A DNA stretch of 64,000 nucleotides, taken from positions 3,776,001-3,840,000 of the forward strand of contig CBDBZU010000004.1 in the NCBI GenBank assembly GCA_965213625.1, read 5' to 3'. The number at the start of each line of letters is the position of its first letter. The first letter of the stretch is position 1. Positions 55,925 to 64,000 of this stretch are shown piece after piece. The notes beneath the pieces are model-generated. The model made no database searches. It was not told where the DNA came from and saw nothing but the letters and a program-made list of their open reading frames with translations. The translations under genes were made by a program, and so were the position numbers. Source of the DNA: a bacterium (lineage in GTDB: Bacteria; UBA8248).

Positions 55925-56818
55925 TTACGACGCCGCCACTGCTTCTTCGACCAGGCCATATTCCCTGGCGAACGCCTCCAGCTTGCTCATGTTGGCGTCA
56001 GACGGCGCGCAGAGCGGCAGCCTGTATTCCAGCGCAATCCGCCCCATAATCGCCAAGGTCGCTTTCGCCGGAATCGGGTTCGTCTCGCAGAACATCATGT
56101 GGTTGAGTTCCCACATCTTGTAGTGCAGCGCTTTCGCCGTGGCGGTATCCCCATAGAGTTGGGCCTGACACATCCGGGCCACATCCGCGGGCGCGACGTT
56201 CGCCGTCACCGAAATCGTGCCCACACCGCCCATCGCCATCATCGGCAGCGTGACGAAGTCATCGCCTGAAAGCACGATGAAATCATCCGGTACACGGGAA
56301 ATGATGTCGCAGCAATTCGCCAGATTCCCGGTCGCTTCCTTGATTCCCACGATGTTGGGAATCTCAGAGAGGCGCGCCACCGTATCGGGCGCTATCTGCA
56401 CAACCGTGCGGCCCGGAACGTTGTAGAGGACGATCGGGATGTCCGCCGATTCCGCGATTGCTCGAAAATGCTGATAAAGCCCCTCCTGCGTTGGCTTGTT
56501 GTAATAAGGCGCCACCAGGAGAGCGCCATCCGCACCGGCCCGCATGGCGTATTGCGTACGCTGAACGGCCTCTGCGGTGCTGTTCGAACCGGAGCCGGCG
56601 ATGACCGGAATCCGTCCGTTCACCTGCTCGATCACCAACTCTACGACCCGGTCGTGCTCTTTATGGCTTAGTGTGGCGGATTCCCCCGTGGTTCCACACG
56701 CCACTATCCCGTGCGTTCCATTTTCAACATGAAATTCCACCAGAGAGCGAATGCCCTCTTCGTCGAGCTTTCCGTCGCGGAACGGAGTCACCATCGCGAC
56801 ATAAGAACCTTTAAACAT
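55925..56818 (-). CDS. dapA: 4-hydroxy-tetrahydrodipicolinate synthase
   Basis: AMVTPF, GTTGESATL, PYYNKPTQEGL, YNVPGRT, GIKEATG, ETNPIP.K. Confidence 0.96.
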   Translation of the reverse strand: MFKGSYVAMVTPFRDGKLDEEGIRSLVEFHVENGTHGIVACGTTGESATLSHKEHDRVVELVIEQVNGRIPVIAGSGSNSTAEAVQRTQYAMRAGADGALLVAPYYNKPTQEGLYQHFRAIAESADIPIVLYNVPGRTVVQIAPDTVARLSEIPNIVGIKEATGNLANCCDIISRVPDDFIVLSGDDFVTLPMMAMGGVGTISVTANVAPADVARMCQAQLYGDTATAKALHYKMWELNHMMFCETNPIPAKATLAIMGRIALEYRLPLCAPSDANMSKLEAFAREYGLVEEAVAAS

Positions 56819-57078
56819 AAGAAGACCTCCTTTTCCTTCCGCCCATCGCGGCAAAAAGAATGTCATACCCCATTTTCAGACAGGGCACATTTTACGCGCA
56901 TCAACTTTATGAACCTAGGGTTTACTAAATACCCCTTTAGTAGTTCAAATCCTATCAGAGCAACCGGAGAGAAGCAAGAAATGGAATTCAAGAGTATGGC
57001 GCGTACTGAGTTATCGTCATTATAATCAAATATATGAACATCCGATCGAGGTTCCAACCGCCCCCCAAATTCCTCATT

Positions 57079-57107
57079 TTGACAAACGCCAGGAAAAAGT
57101 TTTTAAT
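57079..57107 (+). promoter_or_regulatory. Sigma70-like promoter for the carboxypeptidase gene
   Basis: TTGACA-17 nt-TTTAAT. Confidence 0.65.
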
Positions 57108-57193
57108 AGGCTTGAGTCCAACGGGACAACTATCATTCCCGGGACATTCACGAAACCCACCTGAACCCGCCCAGAAGACGATAGGGAAAACGC

Positions 57194-58375
57194 ATGTTAC
57201 CCGCCCTGGGACAACGCCGGCGATTCTGTTTGTCCATCATCGCATTCGCATTGTTGTGCACAAGTTCTCTGACACTCGGCGTGGATTCGGCTTCCGCTCG
57301 CCAAAAACGCTCCCGCAAAGCGGTCATCCCCTATCGCTCGATTCTGTTGATTGAAGCGAATACGGGGCGAGTCCTGAAATCAAAAAATGAACGGCTCGGC
57401 ACGAAACCCGCCTCCATCGTAAAAATGATGACCGCATTGATCGCCATGGAACACATTAAAAGTAAAAGCATCCATCTTGAGGAGATCATCACCACCAGCA
57501 GACGCGCCTCGCGAATCGGGGGCCAGCAGGTGTATTTGAAGCAAGGAGAAAAATTCTCCCTGAGAGATTTGATGAAATCCATCATCATCAGTTCTGCAAA
57601 CGATTCATCCTACGCCGTGGCGGAACACATTGCCGGGGACGCCGAAGCCTTCGTCGAGATGATGAACCAGCGCGCCAAAGAACTCGGCATGACGAACACC
57701 CGTTTCGTGAACGTCAACGGGCTTCCACCGGGCGGAAAAAAACCGACCAATCAGATGAGCGCACGTGACGCCAGCATCCTCGCCCGCGAGTTGATTAAAT
57801 ATCCTCTCATCATGAAGTGGAGCGCCACCAAGAATGCTCCTTTCAGGAACGGAACCTTCACCCTGACCAACACGAACACTCTCCTAAGGCGGTTTCGCGG
57901 GATGGATGGCCTCAAAACAGGCTATCACCGAAGAGCGGGATTCAGCATCGTCGCCACGGCGAAACGCAAAAATCTAAGACTCATCGCCGTCGTGATGGGG
58001 TCGAGCCAATCCAAACGCCGATTCAGAGAGGCCAGACGTCTGCTCTCGTGGGGATTCAGACAATACCGCTGGATCGATTTGGGCAAAACCAAAAAACCGA
58101 AACAACAGCAAATCAAGGTGCTGAATGGCAAGAAACGGATGGTCCGCATTCGGTTCAAGGAAAGTGTCGCGTCATTGGTCAGGAAAGGCGAAGAAAAGCG
58201 TATCTCCATGAAACTGGAATTGCCGGAAGAAATAACTGCACCCGTCAAGGCCGGCCAAAAAGTTGGCCGCGTCACTTATGAACTGGGAGGCAACAAACTC
58301 GGCGGAACCGACCTCGTCGCTGTCGATTCGGTCAAGAAATTAGGCTTTTTCCAATCCTTGATACGCTTCCGGTAA
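57194..58375 (+). CDS. dacA: D-alanyl-D-alanine carboxypeptidase (PBP5/6, peptidase S11)
   Basis: PASIVKMM (SxxK), SAN, KTG, PBP5 C-terminal domain. Confidence 0.9.
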   Translation: MLPALGQRRRFCLSIIAFALLCTSSLTLGVDSASARQKRSRKAVIPYRSILLIEANTGRVLKSKNERLGTKPASIVKMMTALIAMEHIKSKSIHLEEIITTSRRASRIGGQQVYLKQGEKFSLRDLMKSIIISSANDSSYAVAEHIAGDAEAFVEMMNQRAKELGMTNTRFVNVNGLPPGGKKPTNQMSARDASILARELIKYPLIMKWSATKNAPFRNGTFTLTNTNTLLRRFRGMDGLKTGYHRRAGFSIVATAKRKNLRLIAVVMGSSQSKRRFREARRLLSWGFRQYRWIDLGKTKKPKQQQIKVLNGKKRMVRIRFKESVASLVRKGEEKRISMKLELPEEITAPVKAGQKVGRVTYELGGNKLGGTDLVAVDSVKKLGFFQSLIRFR

Positions 58376-58394
58376 GCCAGCAACGCAAATCACT

Positions 58395-59615
58395 TCATTC
58401 TGAATGAACCTCGTACGCCCTGCCGATAAAAGGCAAGGCGATGGCCATGTACATCAGCATCACCACCTCGGAATCGCCAAAGTTGTATTCAAATATTCCA
58501 GAGCTTAAAAAACCCGCCGCCACGGCCAAACCACCTACCATGCGAAATCGCGTTCCAAAAGGCGCGTCCTTCGTATCCCGAATTCGCTGTACCACCAAGA
58601 CGAAATAGCCGACCCAGGCCCACATCCAGGCGCCCAGAGCAAAAACTCCCCGCTCGGCAGCCAAATGAACCACGTTGTTATGTAAATGGGACGGAAATTT
58701 CCGGGCCGCGTCGGGGTTCGCATAACGGGCGAAATTGTCTTTGATTCGTCCGGGGCCAAAACCCAGTAGCTTTTTATCCATGAACATATTGATGCCGCTT
58801 TGCCACATGTAAATCCGCTCCACAGCCGTTTTGTCCTGGAGATTCACCATGCTCTTCACGCGCTGGCGGATGGATTGAGGCGCCATGAAAATAGCCAGCA
58901 CGACCACCAGCGCCAAACACAAACCCACCACTTTGCGCCTGCTCACCACCGCCACAGCCGCCGCCCCAACGACAAGGCCAACCCAGGCGCTGCGACTCAA
59001 AGTCGTTATCAATGAGGCGAGAATCAAAAGGGCCGGCGCATAGACCCACACGCCCTTGCTTTCCCGAGTCGGCACCAAAAGGTACGAGAACGCCAAAAGG
59101 CCGACCACAAGCAAAAAACCGCCGAACGTCATGTATATGCTGAAAAAGCCCGATGCTCGATTCGCCAGCGACAATGTCCCCAGAAGCGAAACGCCCAAGG
59201 CGTAAGCGGCGGCCACGCTCGTAGCCACAAAGAGCACTTTCACCAACCACAGCGCTTCCCGGTCATCCTGGACGACGTTCAAGGTCAAATAAAAAATCAT
59301 GATTTGCGTCAATTCTCTCGTTTTGATCAGGCTGTTAAGCGAATCGGGCGCATGGAAGGCGCTGGCGAAAGTAAACAGCGCGAAAAAAAGCCAAGGCATC
59401 CACAACGGAAATTTTTGCGTCACCAAGGGAGCCGCCTTGGTCATGGAAGCCAGCCATGCCACAACGGCGGTGAACACGCATATTTGAGCGAGCGATATCG
59501 AAAAAGGGGCTGTGACGGCAAAACCGAGAAGCCCGCCGAACGCCACCCGAGACGCCGGTGAACGCTTCCTGAAGTACTCTTCCAGTTCCGGGAAATGGAT
59601 TGTTAGCTTGTGCAT
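58395..59615 (-). CDS. O-antigen ligase family protein
   Basis: Polytopic; RASGFF, TLSRSAW, ER..MW, GFGPG, HLHNN, GIFEYNFGDSE; in LPS cluster. Confidence 0.85.
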   Translation of the reverse strand: MHKLTIHFPELEEYFRKRSPASRVAFGGLLGFAVTAPFSISLAQICVFTAVVAWLASMTKAAPLVTQKFPLWMPWLFFALFTFASAFHAPDSLNSLIKTRELTQIMIFYLTLNVVQDDREALWLVKVLFVATSVAAAYALGVSLLGTLSLANRASGFFSIYMTFGGFLLVVGLLAFSYLLVPTRESKGVWVYAPALLILASLITTLSRSAWVGLVVGAAAVAVVSRRKVVGLCLALVVVLAIFMAPQSIRQRVKSMVNLQDKTAVERIYMWQSGINMFMDKKLLGFGPGRIKDNFARYANPDAARKFPSHLHNNVVHLAAERGVFALGAWMWAWVGYFVLVVQRIRDTKDAPFGTRFRMVGGLAVAAGFLSSGIFEYNFGDSEVVMLMYMAIALPFIGRAYEVHSE

Positions 59616-59750
59616 GAAGTTGTTCTCTCAGCTCAGAGCCGAATGCACTTGGTTGTGATTTCTCAACGTCTTTTGTGATTCATCATTGTGATTCGAATCA
59701 GGTTCCAAAAAGCGGAAACTCCAACTCATGATTGTATGATACGAACAACC

Positions 59751-61538
59751 TTACGATATGTTGTCGCCATTCGTTGCGCTTTTGATTTCATCGGAAACGG
59801 ACAAATCCTCACTTATAAACTGCATCTCGTAGAGCCTATGGTATAAGCCACCTTGTTTCATCAACTCATCGTGCGTTCCCCTCTCCACGATCCGTCCCCC
59901 ATCGAGTACGATGATTAAATCGGCGTTTCGGACCGTCGAGAGTCGATGAGCCACTACTAACGTAGTGCGATCCTTCATCAAAGGCTCCAATGCTTCTTGA
60001 ATCAACTGCTCGCTCTCCGTGTCGAGCGCGCTCGTGGCCTCATCGAGCAGCAGAATGGAAGGATCCCTCAAAATCGCGCGCGCAATGGCGATGCGCTGGC
60101 GTTCACCGCCGGACAGGCGCACTCCCTCCTCTCCCAGCATGGTCTCATACCCGTTTTCCAGCTCCATGATGAAATCATGGGCATTGGCCGCTTTCGCCGC
60201 CGAGATTACTTCTTCACGGCTGACGGGTCTTTTCTCCCCATAGGCGATGTTGTTTTCCGCCGTATCATTGAACAGAATCACCTGCTGGGTTACCACGGCG
60301 ATCTGGGCGCGCAAGCTGCCGAGCGCATACCGGGACGCCTCCTTCCCGTCGAAGGAGATACACCCCCGTGCAGGCAGATAAAAACGCGGAATCAAATCCA
60401 GCAACGTGCTTTTCCCCGCGCCGCTCATCCCCACAACGGCCAGCGTGCAGCCCGCCGTCACTTCTATGTTGATATCCTCGAGCGTCGCATCGTCCGAATA
60501 GGAGAAATGCACGCCCTCGAATCGAATATGCCGGGAAAGCCGCCCCATCTCCTCGCCATCGGGATTCTTATCTTCCGGAACATGCTCGTCCAGGACCTCG
60601 AAAACCGACTGGGCTCCCGCAATTCCCTCCACCAGGCTATGAAACACCCGGGTGAAAGATTTCAGCGGGTTGTAGGCCATACCGAGAGCGACGGCGAAAC
60701 TCATCAGTCTTCCCGGATCCATGCTCCCATAGATTACCGCCTGGGCGCCGAACCACAGAATTCCCGCTCCCATAAGCCCACCGATGATCTCCACCATGGG
60801 AGGCGCCAGCGAGCGAACCCGCATAGCCCGCATAATGGTGTCGAAAAACGAACGGGTGGCGCCCATGAAACGGCCTTCTTCCTCATCTTCCGCTCCAAAC
60901 GCTTTGACGACGCGAATTCCCGCGTAGGTTTCCTTCATCAGGCTGCTCATGTCCCCCATGCGCGCCTGACTCCTCCGCGTGATTCGGCGAATCTTCTCTC
61001 CCATCATCACAACCAAAACCGCCACCAGCGGAATGAGCACGAAGAATATCAGCGCCATATGGGGGCTCTGGTAAATCGCCACGACGAGCAATGCGATGAA
61101 GGTGAACCCATGGCGGAGCAAATCCCGAACGGAATCCGTCGCCGCATGCTGCATCAAGGAGATGTCGTATATGACTTTCGACATCAACTCTCCGGTCGTT
61201 TTCACCTCGAAAAACCGTAGAGGCAAATTCAGGAGATGCCTGTGAAGCCCGTTTCTGACGTCCATCACCACATGCTGACCAACCCAGAGCATGAAATAAT
61301 TCTGGCAATAAGCTGCGATACCTTTCACCAGATAGACGACCACAAGGGACAGGCAAATCAAAAGAACGATGTCGGCTCGCTTCGAGATCAAAATATCATT
61401 GATGACATGCTGAACGAGGTATGCGGGATAAGCGTTCAGGCCGCCTACGATGATTGTGCATGCGACGGCGACGCCGAACCGAAACCGGTAGGGACGCAAG
61501 TATTTCAGGAGTCTGAGATAAACCCGGGTGCGGCTCAT
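59751..61538 (-). CDS. msbA: Lipid A export ABC transporter (permease/ATP-binding)
   Basis: TMD plus NBD (GMSGAGKST, LSGGERQR, DEATSALD), GIRVVKAFG; LPS gene context. Confidence 0.85.
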   Translation of the reverse strand: MSRTRVYLRLLKYLRPYRFRFGVAVACTIIVGGLNAYPAYLVQHVINDILISKRADIVLLICLSLVVVYLVKGIAAYCQNYFMLWVGQHVVMDVRNGLHRHLLNLPLRFFEVKTTGELMSKVIYDISLMQHAATDSVRDLLRHGFTFIALLVVAIYQSPHMALIFFVLIPLVAVLVVMMGEKIRRITRRSQARMGDMSSLMKETYAGIRVVKAFGAEDEEEGRFMGATRSFFDTIMRAMRVRSLAPPMVEIIGGLMGAGILWFGAQAVIYGSMDPGRLMSFAVALGMAYNPLKSFTRVFHSLVEGIAGAQSVFEVLDEHVPEDKNPDGEEMGRLSRHIRFEGVHFSYSDDATLEDINIEVTAGCTLAVVGMSGAGKSTLLDLIPRFYLPARGCISFDGKEASRYALGSLRAQIAVVTQQVILFNDTAENNIAYGEKRPVSREEVISAAKAANAHDFIMELENGYETMLGEEGVRLSGGERQRIAIARAILRDPSILLLDEATSALDTESEQLIQEALEPLMKDRTTLVVAHRLSTVRNADLIIVLDGGRIVERGTHDELMKQGGLYHRLYEMQFISEDLSVSDEIKSATNGDNIS

Positions 61539-61742
61539 CTGGGATTCTTTCGCATATTCAACGCAGACATTTTAAGAGCCAACTCGAACGGCTCACCTGC
61601 CTGATCTGCTTCACGCATCGGTTCGTCATGCGATTGCGTGATCGGCGGATTCCCGCATCCACGCCCGCCAAGACAGGCGGCCTCCATGAGGATTCTTTTC
61701 CCCTGTCCGATCACACCCGGGGAGGCTATTGTATGTACAACG

Positions 61743-62567
61743 CTAATGGCGCTCACGTCCTCGACACATCTCCCACAAAAAGGCGGCGCGCATGAACACA
61801 TAATAAGCGGAGCCCGCTGATACCCATAACCCCTTCACGCCATCGCGAAGACCCATTTTCAAGATGTAGCTCTTGAAAAAACGCCAAAGAGGACGGATGA
61901 CGAAATCGCTCAGTCCGGGCTGCACTCCCCTGAAAGATAAATCTTCCGCCGACAGCCTGGCGTATTTCACCTGCCTTTGGAAGAAATCGAAAAGGGAATC
62001 GTAGCTGTAGTGTTCCAGAGGGGATGAAAATACTCCCACCCGCCCTTCCACCACCACGGATTCGTGAACGCTTCTCTCGTTAAACGCCCCGGCACCACGA
62101 CGGAACAACCGTATCTGATAATCCGGCCATAGATCGCCGTGGCGAAGCCAACGACCGAAGAATATGTTTTTCCGGGGCATCCGATACCCCTCTGCTGGAG
62201 CATCGTCAGACAAAACGGAGATAATCTCCTCCGTAAGCTCAGGACTTACGCATTCATCCGCATCCAGACTCAATATCCAGGAATGACTTGCTTTCGAGAG
62301 GGCGAAATTTTTTTGCGCCGCATATCCCTCCCAAGGATGCTGGATAACCAGCGCGCCGCGTGTTCGGCATATCTCCCGTGTATCATCCGTGCTGCCGGCA
62401 TCCACGACAATTACTTCATCCGCCCATGTAACGCTGTCGACACACGCGCCAATGCGCTCCGCCTCATTGTGGGCGACAATCGTGACGCTAACCGGATTTC
62501 TGATAGATTCGGAGACAGGCTTCTCTCCAGGGCAGGCTTCGGCAGAAGTTTCCGCCAAGCCAGACAT
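61743..62567 (-). CDS. Glycosyltransferase family 2 (KdtX/WaaE-like LPS core)
   Basis: NEAERI, VVDAGSTDDT, WEGYAAQKN, SLDADE, PDYQIRLF, VHE. Confidence 0.9.
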   Translation of the reverse strand: MSGLAETSAEACPGEKPVSESIRNPVSVTIVAHNEAERIGACVDSVTWADEVIVVDAGSTDDTREICRTRGALVIQHPWEGYAAQKNFALSKASHSWILSLDADECVSPELTEEIISVLSDDAPAEGYRMPRKNIFFGRWLRHGDLWPDYQIRLFRRGAGAFNERSVHESVVVEGRVGVFSSPLEHYSYDSLFDFFQRQVKYARLSAEDLSFRGVQPGLSDFVIRPLWRFFKSYILKMGLRDGVKGLWVSAGSAYYVFMRAAFLWEMCRGRERH

Positions 62568-62571
62568 CCTC

Positions 62572-62769
62572 CTAGCCTTTCCTCTGGGTCTTCTCCCACT
62601 CATCGAGCGGGATGGCCTCGTCCACGAGCATGATCGGGATATCATCTTCGATCTTATAGACCAATCCCGATTCCCGGGCGATTAAAAAATTCCCGTCCTC
62701 GCTCAACTCCAGCGGGGTCTTGGTGACGGGACACGCCAATATATCCAGCAACTCTTTATCCACGCTCAT
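62572..62769 (-). CDS. ycaR: Trm112 family protein (YcaR-like)
   Basis: LLDILACPVTKTPL...YKIEDDIPIMLVDEA. Confidence 0.9.
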   Translation of the reverse strand: MSVDKELLDILACPVTKTPLELSEDGNFLIARESGLVYKIEDDIPIMLVDEAIPLDEWEKTQRKG

Positions 62770-62910
62770 CTTCCGTTTATCTCCAATGGTCAATCAAATT
62801 CCTGAAACGACCTGCACTCCGTCAGATCGTTCATCACAACACGTCAAGGTTGATACATCGCCCGCTTCGTTCAATAAACTGCCTTAGTTTCGCATATCTG
62901 ACTATGTTTT

Positions 62911-63960
62911 TCATGGGGTCGTCTGAAGCAGATCCAGTGCATCCACTGCCTCTTTGACCTTCACACGCTCCAGGCACTCGATATCAGGGCATTTTCTCGC
63001 ATAACAGCCACTACATGCGAGCCGATGATGAAGAACCGTATTCCCCGCGCCCCAGGGGCCGTTCCTCACGGGTTCCGTAGGCCCCATGATCGCCAGACAT
63101 CGAACCCCCAAAGCAGCGGCGATATGCATGGGGCCGGAATCGCCGCCCACAAAACAAGAGCCGCGCCGAATCAAGGCCATCATTTCCCGAATGCTCGTCG
63201 CAGGAGCAACCAAAGGCTGTGTTCTCATGGCGTCCGTCACCTCACCCACCATCTTTTCTTCTCCCGGACCCCAAACCAGAAGAACATCTCCCAAGCCATT
63301 CTCATTCCAGTGGTCGGCAAGTTGCGCAAAACGATCCGGCGCCCAGCGTTTCGTCACCCACCCGCCCCCGGGATGGACGACCAACAGGGGGAGACCGTCT
63401 CGATGGCCTATGTTCTCTAGATGTGTCTTCGCCTGCTCTCCCTCTGCCTGCGTTTCATGAAGCGGAAAACGGTATTGTTCTTTCAATGGAATGGACATAC
63501 CCAGCGGATCGAGAAGGGACAAATTCTTCTCCACAACGTGGTGAGGATTTTCTGGGGGTACAACGTGATGCGTCGTAAAAAGCACGTTCATACCCTCCCT
63601 GCAAAAACGATGCTCGAACCCGATGCGAACAGGCGCTCTTGATGCCCACGTCAAAAAGCCGCTTTTGATCAGTCCCTGGACGTCCAGGGCTACATCGGCG
63701 CCTACATTCTTCACGGCGAGCAGGTCGCGCCTGAGGGCAGAGAAACCGCCGGAGAGCACATTTTTCCGCCACCTCTTGGTATCGACGGTCAAAATTTCAT
63801 CGATATCGGGATTTCCGAGAAGTACTTCTCGCGGGGCCGGCTCAACCGCCCAGGTAATATGGCAATCAGGCCGCGCATTCTTGATGGCCGAAGCCAGAGG
63901 TAGGGTGTGAACGACGTCACCTATCGCACCCAGGCGGATGAGGAGGAATCGCTCACCCAT
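62911..63960 (-). CDS. waaC: Lipopolysaccharide heptosyltransferase I (GT9)
   Basis: IRLGAIGDVVHTLP, DVQGLIKSG, HVVE.N, KRW, GGDSGPMHIAAA, GPT.P.RNGP. Confidence 0.85.
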   Translation of the reverse strand: MGERFLLIRLGAIGDVVHTLPLASAIKNARPDCHITWAVEPAPREVLLGNPDIDEILTVDTKRWRKNVLSGGFSALRRDLLAVKNVGADVALDVQGLIKSGFLTWASRAPVRIGFEHRFCREGMNVLFTTHHVVPPENPHHVVEKNLSLLDPLGMSIPLKEQYRFPLHETQAEGEQAKTHLENIGHRDGLPLLVVHPGGGWVTKRWAPDRFAQLADHWNENGLGDVLLVWGPGEEKMVGEVTDAMRTQPLVAPATSIREMMALIRRGSCFVGGDSGPMHIAAALGVRCLAIMGPTEPVRNGPWGAGNTVLHHRLACSGCYARKCPDIECLERVKVKEAVDALDLLQTTP

Positions 63961-64000
63961 CCGTGGTCGCTCTCCCGATGCACACGGGAACCGTATCCGC

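Noticed and set aside
56820-57190. Lysine riboswitch upstream of dapA
   Set aside because: No L-box consensus or terminator recognised; the region reads as an AT-rich divergent promoter.

Overview
A GC-rich (about 60%) Gram-negative bacterial chromosomal segment (LPS genes waaC, msbA and an O-antigen ligase at the right end), probably from an uncultured heterotroph; the lineage cannot be fixed from this window. It is dominated by catabolic and transport genes: amidase, N-methyl amino acid oxidase, a hydantoinase/oxoprolinase operon, two TPP enzymes, an LLM monooxygenase/acyl-CoA dehydrogenase/decarboxylating dehydrogenase cluster, a TctCBA-sulfatase-TPP operon with its formylglycine-generating enzyme, TcuA, a Fe3+/polyamine-type ABC system and a TIP-like aquaporin. 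It also carries tRNA-Val(TAC), one intact IS1182-family element with a 5-bp target duplication, and at least four families of short palindromic repeats. Most notable: (1) a small GIY-YIG nuclease gene with an orphan hicB, embedded in nested and duplicated arrays of a hairpin repeat whose solo doublets recur elsewhere, resembling a REP/RAYT system run by a GIY-YIG enzyme; (2) an OsmC-like protein split by an in-frame UGA followed by a SECIS-like hairpin (probable selenoprotein missed by the ORF track); (3) a promoter, operator and structured-RNA candidate between two convergent genes at 4.3-4.55 kb; (4) an IS1182 inserted in a palindrome inside a MITE that has IS1182-like ends. All calls come from motif reading and recall of families; no database search was run.
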